Assembly: GCF_001194135.2 (NCBI RefSeq)
Contig: NC_068999.1
Coordinates: 48,712,085-48,776,084, forward strand
DNA: 64,000 bases
Direction: 5' to 3'
Origin: Octopus bimaculoides
Taxonomy: Eukaryota
Shown here: one piece after another, positions 46,466 through 58,652 of the stretch
Layout: every line of letters begins with the position of its first letter
How positions within the stretch are numbered: the first letter of the stretch is position 1
Position numbers and translations under genes: made by a program
Notes under the pieces: model-generated
Database searches by the model: none
Seen by the model: only the letters and a program-made list of their open reading frames with translations
Told to the model about the DNA's origin: nothing

Positions 46466-47965
46466 TTTCTATTGTATCTGATGTTGCCATAACAGACGGC
46501 TTCAAATAATAGATCTGCACTTAAACTAATTTCCGGTTATAAAAAAAATTAGCAAAAGAGGTTTTTCTTTCGGAAAAGCTTATTTGGAATTATTCTATCG
46601 ATTTCAATTGGAAAAAAAAACTTATTATTTTATAAGTATGTAAATATAATTTTTAACTGATAAAAAATATCTATATTGTTTGTTCTCTTTCTTTTACCTC
46701 ATTTTACGAAGAGATAGTTGCCACATCATCATTATATTCTTTAATGCATTCACTGACTTAATAAACATTTTATTGAGGTTTTGCTTTAAAGTAATTTATT
46801 TTGTTGTTATATATCCTTAGGTACAACCCTGATAGAGTAGATCTACGATCAAAAGCATTCCAAATATGACCACCCCCGTGTTTTTATAGGGTCTAGGACC
46901 ACCCACTTTATTCAACCTGATCCTAGAAGACGATGTGCAATTTGGAGAAGATTTTGTTGCTATTTCTAGCTGGTTAAGCAACTAGGTAGAAATTAACATC
47001 GTAATTTCAATCCGTTCGGACGACAAACGTGGCCGATCAAACCAAATGAATAATAATTTTGTCGAAGTTGAAGAGTGAAAGGGCTACGCAACGTGATTAG
47101 GGCATAGAATTAACTATCGTTGGCTTTGGGTTTTTATTCGGCAGCATCGTTTAAAAAGGGTTGGAAACATTTTAGACTATTTTCGAAATAAATGCTACTA
47201 ATTCCATACTTAATTCTAATTTTGTTTAATTTCATATCTACTTTTTAAAGTAGTATTTTTGACATTAAGGATATTTTTTTACGTAGGTACAAGATAGATT
47301 CACAGATGAATTGAACTGAAATTATGTAACGGTCAAAGCTTCCTTGGGTCGTCTAACACTGAGAATCAAACCTGTACCAATGATCATGCAGTTGCACGAT
47401 CTGTTAGAAATAGCATTCAAATTTTTCTCTAATTACGCCTCACTGCATTGGACATTATAGTTTTATTTCGTAAAAAAAAAAAAGAGAAAAAAAACAGGTT
47501 GATCAGTTAGAACGCTTTTGATTACAGTTCTGCTGGATTAGGGCTGCCCTTGGGCTAAATAAACAACACTACAACACACCGAAGTTTCCTTCTTTTTTAG
47601 AACTTTTTTGTTTTGTTTCTTATCTTGAATTTATTCTGGATGGAAAATAAGATAATCTGACAGACACATTTTTTTTCTCAGGGTCATTAATAATATTAGT
47701 GAAGGTGAATGGCTTCAGTAGAAAAAAAACGCATTATTTATGGAATGACCCAATATGTATGTATATATATATATATATATATNNNNNNNNNNNNNNNNNN
47801 NNNNNNNNNNNNNNNNNNNNNNNNNNNNNNNNNNNNNNNNNNNNNNNNNNNNNNNNNNNNNNNNNNNNNNNNNNNNNNNNNNNNNNNNNNNNNNNNNNNN
47901 NNNNNNNNNNNNNNNNNNNNNNNNNNNNNNNNNNNNNNNNNNNNNNNNNNNNNNNNNNNNNNNNN

Positions 47966-48520
47966 GCATGGCACCTTAGGTAAGTGTCTCTTCTATAGCC
48001 TTGGGCCGACCAAAGCCTTGAGAGTGGATTTGGTAGACAGAAACTGAAAGAAGCCCATCATGTATGACGTGCATGTGTGTGTGTGTGTGTGTGTATTTTT
48101 GTGTGTCTGTGTTTGCGTCCCCCTCCCCCAACATCGCTTGACAACCAATGCTGATGTGTTTACGTCCCCGTAACTTAGTAGTTCAGCAAAAGAGACCGAT
48201 AGAATAAGTACTAGGCTTACAAAGAATAAATCCTGGGGTTGATTTGCTCGACTAAAAGGTGGTGCTGCAGCATGGCCACTACCAAATGACTGAAACAAAT
48301 AAAAGAATATGTCTATATGTATGTGCGTTTGTTCACCTCCCACTTGAAAACAGGTGTTGGTTTCTTTGTGTCCCCATAACTTAGCAGTTTGGAAAAAGAG
48401 ACTGATAGAATAAGTACCAAACTTAAAAAATAAGTACTGGGGTTGACTTGTTTGACTAAAAATTCTGCAAGGTTGTGCTCCAGCATGACCACATTCCACT
48501 GGCTGAAACAAGAGGTAAAA
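47966..48520 (+). mobile_element. Family A SINE (47966-48306) followed by a second 3' half (48325-48520)
   Basis: GGCACCTTAGGTAAGTGTCT...GACTGAAACAAATAAAAGA, then a second tail. Confidence 0.8.
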
Positions 48521-49204
48521 GAAGAACAATTGATTGACAGCTGTCCTAAAAATTGTCATTAAAGTATAACCTTTCACTGTAGCATGATGTTGCTGCCTCA
48601 GTATTATTGAATGCCATCTGTAGGAAACACTATCGTGGGATAAATAACTGAAATATTTGAGATGCTGAATAAATTTTTAACATTTTGACATGGTGGAACA
48701 GTTTTATGGAAACTTCTGTCAAATACAAACTTAACAGCTGAGTGTGGGATTAAAAAAACAAAAACAAAAAGCAAAAATGTCTGGAAAGAAAAAAACAGAA
48801 TATGGTGCTTAAGAGCAGTCTAGACAACTTTTTAGTGTTCTACAGTATCGTTTAAAAAGCATCTGTTAAATGGCTGTGGAAGCAAGAAAAAGATGCAAAG
48901 ATAAAGAAAAAGAAAATTCTAAAAAAAAAGAAAGAAAAGAGAGAGAGAGAGAGAGAAGAGACATCAACCACATACAGAGGTCAGCTGCTCTGCAGATGTG
49001 AAAATATTTCATAATCAGGAAAAAAAGAGAATATTTATAGACATGAACACGGGTGTGGTTAAGAAGCACATTTTTGCAACCATGTAGTTAGTCTTGGGAT
49101 CAGTTCCACCGCATGGCATCTTGCTTGAGCAAGTATCTTCTTCTATAGCTTCAGGCTGACAAAGGCTTGTACATAAATTTGGTAGACAGAAACTGTGTGA
49201 AAGC

Positions 49205-49776
49205 TGAAGTAGTTGTATGCTGTCAGCATAATGTGACAGTCACATGAAGGGAATAATACTACTGTTGGTTAGACCTAGGAAGCTGCACCGCTTCCTGTCG
49301 GCTCTGACACATTTCCTGTGTCCTTATGTTTACAAGGGGGAGACAAGCACCTCCACTTAGCTAAGCCTGCATCCAGAGACATGTTTCTGAGTCTTTGCTT
49401 GTCACCAGTCTGGAGTAGCATGACCTGCTAGTCGAAGATACCTGTCAAGCTCTTGTAAACATAATAATTCTAGTGAAATACATTCACTGATTTCAAATTT
49501 AGAAATAATACATTTCTAAATCTCTCAGAGGGATTTATGCAGTAGCGATACGTTGAAGTAGTTGTATGCTGTCAACTTAATGTGACAGTCCCATGAAGGG
49601 AATAATACTACTGTTGCTTAGACCTAGGAAGCTGCACCGCTTCTTGTCGACTTTGGCACATTTCCTGTGTCCTTATGTTTACAAGGGGGAGACAAGCACC
49701 TCCACCCAGCTAAGCCTGCATCCAGAGACATGTTTCTGAGTCTTTGCTCGTCATCAGTCTGGAATAGCATGACTGG
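49205..49776. repeat. Direct repeat of about 222 bp (49205-49427 and 49554-49776), period about 349 bp
   Basis: The two copies align end to end at roughly 90% identity by eye, with a unique AT-rich spacer of about 125 bp. Confidence 0.85.
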
Positions 49777-50421
49777 TGAAAGTTGTTGCGATTCTGATTT
49801 CCAGATCAGGCAGTGTATTGCATTCCTGAGCAAAACATTTAATTTCATGTTGCTCTGTGATCACTTCAACATCTGATGCATTGCAACACTGTACGTGTAA
49901 TGTCAGTGTGATGTAAGGAGTGAGCTTTTGTACAGCACAAGCATCTTATCATTATAACCAAATCATGTATGCAAGTTGTTCAGTAGAAAATTGCGAAGCC
50001 CTCATGTATCATTTATGACAGGAGAGGCCATCATATACAATATATATCATTGTTGTCATCATCATCACTATCATCATGATCATCATTATCATTTAATGTC
50101 CGTTTTCATTGCTGGCATAAGTTGGATGACTTCCCAGGAACGGGAAGCTGTATTTTATTTTTATTCAGATGTCCTGCGGTGATGGAAAGGCGGCAAAGCA
50201 TACAGACCTGACAGGTTGGAAGCATGTAGTTAGCGACCTGCACATAGTCATTTCCTTGTCGCCCAAGACAGCGATAGGATTCGGTTGCTGCATGGGTGTC
50301 TGAACAGCTCCAATAGTGGTTGATATATATATATATATATATCTATATATATATATATATATACATACATAAAACCATTACTAAGGGAACCTATTATCAA
50401 TGTGTAAAAATGAGGTAAGAT

Positions 50422-50572
50422 GGCCTATAGTAGAAGATACTTGCCCAAGGTACCACACAGAGGAACTGAACTCGGGACCATGTGGTTGGTAAGAAGCTTG
50501 CTTCCCAACCACATGGTCCCGAGTTCAGTCCCTCTTTGTGGTACCTTGGGCAAGTATCTTCTACTATAGGCC
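50422..50572. repeat. Near-perfect 68-bp inverted repeat with 15-nt loop
   Basis: Arms 50422-50489 and 50505-50572 are complementary at 66/68 positions. Confidence 0.95.
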
Positions 50573-50845
50573 ACCCAAAACCTTGTGAATGGGTTTGGTA
50601 GACAGAAACTCAAAGAAGCCCACCAAGTGTGTGTGCGCGCGCGCACGCGTGTATGTTTGTGTCTGTCTTTGTCCCTCCCTCACCACTTGACAACTAGTGT
50701 AACTTAGTGGTTCGACAAAAGAACCAATATAATAAGTATTACGCTTAAAAATAAAGAAAATAAGTACAATTTGTTCAATTAAAATCCTTCAAGGCAGTGC
50801 CCCAGCATGGCCGCAGTCTAATGACTGAAACAAGTAAAAGATAAA
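50490..50845 (+). mobile_element. Family A SINE whose head is preceded by an inverted copy of itself
   Basis: Standard body and tail; 50422-50489 is the reverse complement of 50505-50572. Confidence 0.85.
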
Positions 50846-51447
50846 ATCTAAAGACAAACTTTTCTTCAGGGAATACTTACCAAAAAGAGAGTAATAGTGG
50901 CCCAAGCTATAAGTACTGCAGTATAGTCCCAGTTCAAACACTATGGAGTAGGATTGTATCCAAAGACATTCCGACCATGACTATCTCACCTTGTTTTCAG
51001 GCACAGGGAATATAGCACAATAATCCTGCTCAAGGTGCCATGCAGCAGGATCGAACCCAGGACAATATAGTTGGGAGCCAAACTTCTTTCCTCACAGCCA
51101 CATAGGCACCTATACACACACACACACACACACACACACGATGGTGTAAAGTGGGCTACCAGCAAGTATTGCAGGGAGAGCATATTTATTTATCATTATT
51201 TTTGGTTTTGAAATTTTGCGCCTACGGTAACTGCCCTTGTGGCCCCGCCCACATTATTCCCCAGCATACACACATATATATGTATCATGATAAGAATGAA
51301 AAAAAATATATAGTCCTGTTGTCACAATGAACCTAAACAAGTGAACAAGTATTTCTTTTAAATGCTGACGATTATTTTAAGAAGAAAACATAATTATTAA
51401 AACAAATAATAATGCCAGCGACAACAGCAAAAATTATTATATAATGT

Positions 51448-51650
51448 GGCGAGCTGGCAGAATCGTTAGCAGGTTGAACGAAATACTTAGCGGTATTTCG
51501 TCCGTCTTCTTGTTCTGAGTTCAAATTCCGCCACCCTTTCGGGGTCGATGAAATAAGTACTTGTTGAATACTGGAGTCGATGCAATCGACTAGTCCCTTC
51601 CCCAAAAATTTCAGGTCTTGTGCTTTTAGTAGAAAGGATTATTATTATTA
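51448..51650 (+). mobile_element. Nin-domain-like tRNA SINE. Other copies at about 8540-8680, 13688-13905(-), 27880-28080, 28081-28200(-), 39580-39728, 40662-40870
   Basis: GGCGAGCTGGCAGAATCGTTAG head, GAGTTCAAATTCC B box, central CCTTTCGGGGTCGAT(A)AAATAAGTAC block and (ATT)n tail. Family assignment from memory. Confidence 0.7.
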
Positions 51651-51684
51651 CTAAGTATCCGAATTAATAACGAACTATGTCGAG

Positions 51685-52051
51685 CAGTGTTTCTCAACCG
51701 GGGTTCATATGACCCCTAGGGGATCCATATAAGATTTTTGGGGGTCCACGTAAAGAAAATAGTAAATTGGGTACACACGGTGGTATGTTAAGGAGTGTGG
51801 ATCTATATAATAACCGTTAAGGATCTATGAAAAAAATTTGATTTAGATGTATTTATTGGGTAAACAGCTAAGTATCTTTCTCTAACGTTTTACATAGTTC
51901 AACCTACACAAGTTAAATGTTTGAAAAACAAAATAGGTATTTCGAAAGAAGTATCTATAAAACTAATTTTAAAATATTGAGAGGGGTTCATCAGAGTAAA
52001 ATTTTAAAAATCATAGAGGTCCGTAGGTGAAAAAATGGTTGAGAAGCATAG
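51685..52051. mobile_element. hAT/Charlie-like MITE immediately upstream of SND1
   Basis: Left end CAGTGTTTCTCAACC and right end GGTTGAGAAGCATAG form an imperfect TIR; TSD not preserved. Confidence 0.65.
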
Positions 52052-52143
52052 GTTGTAGCGAGTAAACTGTTATTGAGGTGGTTCGGGGCAAGTCGCGGCA
52101 GTTGAATATGATATTCTAGTTAAGACCCGAAACGAAGTGTGTA

Positions 52144-52155
52144 GGTCACGTGATC
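52144..52155. promoter_or_regulatory. E-box (USF/MiT-TFE/CLEAR-like) about 45 bp upstream of the SND1 ATG
   Basis: GGTCACGTGATC in a CpG-rich segment just 5' of exon 1. Confidence 0.45.
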
Positions 52156-52198
52156 GGCTGTCTCTTTTTCGACCATCGCTGAACGTCGCCTTGCAAGC

Positions 52199-53988
52199 AT
52201 GACTTCCCAACCTCCAGTCTTTCATTCCGGAATTGTGAAACAGGTAGGCTTCCTAAATCCGAAAAAAGACCCCTATATTTTGGATAACTAAACCAATAAG
52301 GATCCCCATATATCCTCAAGCTGTTTCTCTGCTCTTTTGGAACAAAATACAAAGAATGTTTTAGACAGAGATTCTATGGGGCGGAGAAGAACCTACACAT
52401 ATGTTCTAATTTTCTCCATCGTTTCTCTCAGGATTTAATCCCTTTTTTCTTTTTGTTACTTAATAACTTGCTCTGGTATTTTATTATTACTATTATTTCT
52501 ATAAGACCTTTGTAATTTTACTTACTGAAACTCCAAAACTATCTGTGGTTGAAGTAACAGAAAAAAAAAATTCATTCCTCAGATTTGATTTATTACTTTT
52601 TCTCCTTCTATATCTGATCTGGACCTTGAAAAAAATATACTCTTACGAAATAATAATCAGGGCTGGAAGCGAAAAAGCCCTTTAGTTTATGTGCATTCTT
52701 TTTATTTATTTCGTCACCTTTTATTCCCTGAATAAACAGATGTTTAGGTCGCTTTCTTTTGGAATAATGTATATATATTTGATAATCTTTCTCCTCCAGC
52801 GTGTGCGCACCTGTATATGCGATTTATTTATTAGTCTTACTAATACTATTATCAGCAATAAGTATTTATTATTATTTCACTAGATCAAATAAACAGGCAT
52901 TAACTACTAAAACGAAAAACACACTCCTCCAACAGTCGCTGGCTACTAAATTCTGTTTGTTAAATATGTTTGGTCTGTCCAATATGACTAACGCCTTTAG
53001 TTGAACGGATTCATAACTGGAACTTTTCACATTAGTTTATACATCAATAAATGTAGTGATACGCACATATGTTCATATATATGTATGTATGTATATGTGT
53101 ATATATGTATATATATATATGTATATAAGTATGTATATGTATATAAGTATGTATATGTATATAAGTATGTATATGTATATAAGTATATATATGTATATAA
53201 GTATATATATGTGTGTGTGTGTGTATATATATATGTATGTGTGTATATATATATGTATGTGTGTATATATATATGTATGTGTGTATATATATATGTATGT
53301 GTGTATATATGTGTATATATATGTGTGTATATATATATGTGTATATATATATGTGTATGTGTATATATATATGTATATATATATATGTGTATGTGTATAT
53401 ATATATANNNNNNNNNNNNNNNNNNNNNNNNNNNNNNNNNNNNNNNNNNNNNNNNNNNNNNNNNNNNNNNNNNNNNNNNNNNNNNNNNNNNNNNNNNNNN
53501 NNNNNNNNNNNNNNNNNNNNNNNNNNNNNNNNNNNNNNNNNNNNNNNNNNNNNNNNNNNNNNNNNNNNNNNNNNNNNNNNNNNNNNNNNNNNNNNNNNNN
53601 NNNNNNNNNNNNNNNNNNNNNNNNNNNNNNNNNNNNNNNNNNNNNNNNNNNNNNNNNNNNNNNNNNNNNNNNNNNNNNNNNNNNNNNNNNNNNNNNNNNN
53701 NNNNNNNNNNNNNNNNNNNNNNNNNNNNNNNNNNNNNNNNNNNNNNNNNNNNNNNNNNNNNNNNNNNNNNNNNNNNNNNNNNNNNNNNNNNNNNNNNNNN
53801 NNNNNNNNNNNNNNNNNNNNNNNNNNNNNNNNNNNNNNNNNNNNNNNNNNNNNNNNNNNNNNNNNNNNNNNNNNNNNNNNNNNNNNNNNNNNNNNNNNNN
53901 NNNNNNNNNNNNNNNNNNNNNNNNNNNNNNNNNNNNNNNNNNNNNNNNNNNNNNNNNNNNNNNATATGTATGTGTATATATGTATGTG

Positions 53989-54019
<31 letters not shown>

Positions 54020-54110
54020 GTATGTGTATATATATATATGTATATATATATGTATGTGTATATATATATATGTATGTGTATATATATATATGTATATATA
54101 TATGTATGTG

Positions 54111-54141
<31 letters not shown>

Positions 54142-57100
54142 GTATGTGTATATATATATATGTATGTGTATATGTGTGTGTGTGTGTATATATATATATG
54201 TATGTATATATATATATAATTTTCTATAAGACGTTCATCAATTAAGTTAAACTACGAATGTTTTAATTAACCTTTTTTTTTTTTTTTTTTTTTTTTCGTT
54301 TGTTCAGAAAGTGGGGTCCTCTTATTCCGCAGGAAGACTGTTGCTATTTTTACACCATTCTTCCCTGTTACAGGCTGCTCTAAAAAAAAATACTATCCTG
54401 CTGTTATGCATGTACTCAACGAAAGAGAAATGAAAGATTTTTTTAGCTATTTAGGGGAAATACTTTATGTTTTAAATGGTTTTTTTGTTCATTGAATCCT
54501 CGCAATTTATAGATAAGCTTTTTGTTACTTCAATAATCAAGTCTCAATGGAGTTTGTTTGCTATTAAACCCCCGTTTTGACGTTTGTGTCCCTACCAAAT
54601 CTGACTCCTAAATCTGTCGATGTGGCTTGCTAACAAGTAGAAAACTGCTATGATTATTTTTAACAGCTGCAATTTATTTACGGCAATATTTTGAGGGATC
54701 TGATTCGCGATCGTTTTTCATCTACAGCTGCTTAATATATTTTTGTTCCCCCACATTGGTATTTCAGTTTAAAATACCTCTTTCTCGTCATAATTGTTAT
54801 TTCACCCTTCACATATTGCATATAACATTATTTAAAGTGTAGAAACCAGGCGTATAAAGTAATAATTGACCGCAACATCCTGTATGCCTGCCTACTCATC
54901 TCGACTGTTTGCCTGACTAATGAGAACGTGTCGCTCCAAATATGTCTTACACGTGGATATTTTTCTATTATCGTGAACGTTCTCGCTTTTTACGTTTCTG
55001 TTTCCTTCGTAATTTACATAAAATTGCTCTCATTTATATTCACTGATTATGTAATTTATCAACTTAGCTTTTTGGAAATAATCTTCAATAGAATATTCGT
55101 GTACGGAATCGTTGATTTAGCCTTCAACAGTTCGAGTTACTCAAGATTTTATAACGAAGATCCTGTAACTGTTCTTTCACTGATACAATGTGTAATAAAA
55201 CAATGTACATAATCCCCACAACTTTGATATATTTCAACTTCAATTAAATATGGATATTTTATCCATGATATAAATTCCGCGGCGGCTAAAAATGGTTCGC
55301 CAGTTATAAACATATTGATTCGTTTTAAGGCGAACGATTTTTGATTGTTTGCTTTCTATAAACAACATAGTTTTTTATCACAATAGTTGTTATGAATTAG
55401 TTTAAAATTGTTTATCCCCATATTTGTTCTTATTCCTAAAAAAAAATACGATTGGGTGAGTGTATTACTGACGGCGAAGAAATAGTCTTCTAGTTTTATA
55501 TCAACGTGTCGCTTGTTCAGTAACACTAAAATTTAGGCAAAGTTACCCAATTCGTGTGTGTTGCAATAATCTGTTCTTTTCTGACTCTTAAAAAGGAAGA
55601 TTGGCAAAAATAACATTTATTACTCGATAGAATTTGTTCTTTTTCCTTTTTGTGATTTTTTTTCTTCTATTCATCTCAATATCATTCTCGGGTAGCTGGG
55701 CAACTGGTAATAAATACACCTAGCTTGCAAAGATTTAAATCCAGTAATTTTGTATTATATATTTTTTTCTTCCCGTCGGCGGCCCTTTTAAGCTCCTAAT
55801 CTCTCCAACTCTTCTTGAACTCCAATATTCTTCCTAATCCACCGAACCTTTATTTAATACCAATGTTTCCACCGAAAACTGGCTTATTTAAACTTTAAAA
55901 TTAATAATAATAATAATAATAATAAAAGTTGAGTGCATTTCCCCTATTATTCAGAGCCCTTCTGAGCGTAGGGACCATTAAATCTGAGTTTAATTTACCT
56001 GGGAAAAATATTTGAAGACCTAAATATTCATAACTATTTGGGCGTAGTATAAATATTTCCTGTCAGAATTCATCAAAAATGACGTGCTGTCGGTTCCACT
56101 GATCACTAAGCCATGTTTACAGCATAAAAGATGAAGCATGCATTGCTTTGAGATGAAAGAATTCCATTGTTTGATGGACTATTATCGAGGCATTTGTGAT
56201 ATTGCACATGAATATGCCTCTTCGAATTCTTGCCTTTGCGATTGTATTGCAGTTGCAACAACAACAATTTCTATTCGTTTTTGCGCTTGGAATTTTCGGT
56301 ATATTATCATCACTGTTTTAGCGTCCACTTATCCGAGCTTGCATGGGTTGGATGAAATTGGTTGAGGCAGATATCCTACAGCCATATGCCCTTTCTGTCA
56401 GCATACATCACCTGTTTCCAAGCAAGGTGTTTTCTCCGCCCATGGCACGACATGTTTCCACGAAAGATTGGAAACTAACATGATTGCTTTGTATGATGGT
56501 GATGCTCATTTGCAAACTATACGGTGATGTCAAGACAAGGAGAAACAAAGACATCACCGGTTTCTTTCAAATTCTATCTACCAAATTCACTCACATGGCT
56601 CTGGTCACTCGTGGGCTATATTAGAAGAGGTTTGCACAAGGTGCCACATAGTGAACGCGAAACCGTGTGTTTTGGAAGCAAATTTCTTAACCACAGAGCC
56701 TTGTCTGCACTTATATGGCTTTTCAAAAATTCACACAAATACACTTATGCACGCACATATACGATGGTATTCTTTCAGATTCTATCGACCAAATCCTCTT
56801 ACAGGGCTCTGGTTTCTTCATGGTTGTATTAGTAAACACTTGCCTAAGATGCCATGTGGTTGGGATGCAAACTTTTTAACCACACAGCCAGGCATGCACT
56901 TCAAGTTCATAAATTTTAGTATTTTAGTTGCATTCAATTTCTTTGTATAATATTCTACTGACAGTCATGTTCTATTTTGACGTCAATGTTGCTTCAAGGT
57001 CAGTTGTACCAAAATGTTTTTTTTTGTGGATTTCGCTTAATTTTTATTTTTTTATTTTATCCCTTTTTCCATGACAGGTTATTTAAGAAATTTCAATTTC

Positions 57101-58614
57101 TAAAATCTTCCTTGCAGTGCTTTTTATAAACAACCATATGTAACACTTTTGAAAAAACATCCCTCATTGTTGTTCTCCCCTCAATTTCCAGTTTTACTCT
57201 TGGTGGATGACACCTTTGCATCACCCAAGGGACACCCCTTCAATGCATGTGTGTGCATGTGAACCTCCCTTACCCACTGAAATTTTTCAATTTTTTTCTG
57301 GTATTGCAAAAGTTCTTTTAAGCCCCACTTCAGGTCTCTTCAAACAGACATTCCTAATGTGATCATCTTCTGTATCTGGGACTACCTTATCAAATGTGTC
57401 TTCCCCTTTTCTTTAAATTCAGCAGGATGTAATCTGGGAGGGGCTTAATTGCTATGTCTAACTGGTTGGACAACTGTACAATAGTTGTCTTGTTGATTTG
57501 AATGAATAGACCAATATGTGTATAGTGAGATGGGGGAATTCCATAACCTATTGGATTGTAGTGAGACCATAGATTTTTGCCTTAATGTAATATATCTTGT
57601 ACAAGTCAACCTGGTTGACCCACCCTTTCTGCGGCTATGTAGACACATCCACAGAAAGAGTCACTGCAAGCTGAAGTTCATATGTTTTTTGTCTACCACT
57701 GATTACAGTGATTTGTTCCTAATTTCCATTTAGTTATAACAAAATGGACTAAGACCACATGAGAAAAAAAACTTTTGGCCATAGACACAATGCAAAGCTG
57801 ACAACAGGATACAAAGTCCTGACTGCAGTATTTCTCTCAATACAGACACATGTAGCTTCCTTATGAGCATATATACGTATTGTATGTAATTTTAATGTGA
57901 AGGTACATAGTTCAGTAGTTAGTGTCAAGCTCACAATCATGAGGTAGTGAGTTCGATTCCTGGTAAGTTTTAACGAAATATTGGAAGTGAACAACATTAC
58001 TTGTATGATAATCGCAATCATTTACAACTATCCTGTAATGTCAAGGATGGACACACACACTGTCTACTTCCAGTTTCTGCGTCCCAAATCCACTCACAAG
58101 GCTTTTGGTTGGCTTAAGCCTATAGTAGAACCATTTAACCACACAGCCACACCTGTTATTTATTTCTATTTATAAGTCTTAACATCATAATTTGTGAACG
58201 ATAGTCTCATTGGTTATGTTCTTCTAATGAACACTGGCTCGTGTTTCTAATTGTGAAAATAACCTAGGAGTGCCATTAACTTCAGTTTCATATCAGTTCA
58301 CAGACATATAATCACCCCCCCCCNNNNNNNNNNNNNNNNNNNNNNNNNNNNNNNNNNNNNNNNNNNNNNNNNNNNNNNNNNNNNNNNNNNNNNNNNNNNN
58401 NNNNNNNNNNNNNNNNNNNNNNNNNNNNNNNNNNNNNNNNNNNNNNNNNNNNNNNNNNNNNNNNNNNNNNNNNNNNNNNNNNNNNNNNNNNNNNNNNNNN
58501 NNNNNNNNNNNNNNNNNNNNNNNNNNNNNNNNNNNNNNNNNNNNNNNNNNNNNNNNNNNNNNNNNNNNNNNNNNNNNNNNNNNNNNNNNNNNNNNNNNNN
58601 NNNNNNNNNNNNNN

Positions 58615-58652
<38 letters not shown>

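Noticed and set aside
46811-46818. Plus-strand ATATCCTT as an AT-AC intron donor
   Set aside because: No plus-strand exon upstream and no matching branch or AC acceptor found.
53001-54245. Long ORFs of 338-414 aa, and similar Y/I/C/V-rich ORFs at 15.8-16.3, 18.1-18.7, 21.7-22.2, 47.7-48.0 and 58.3-58.8 kb
   Set aside because: Translations of (AT/GT)n microsatellites and N gaps.
56978-56985. Second consensus CRE in SND1 intron 1
   Set aside because: An isolated 8-10-mer in intronic AT-rich DNA, compatible with chance.
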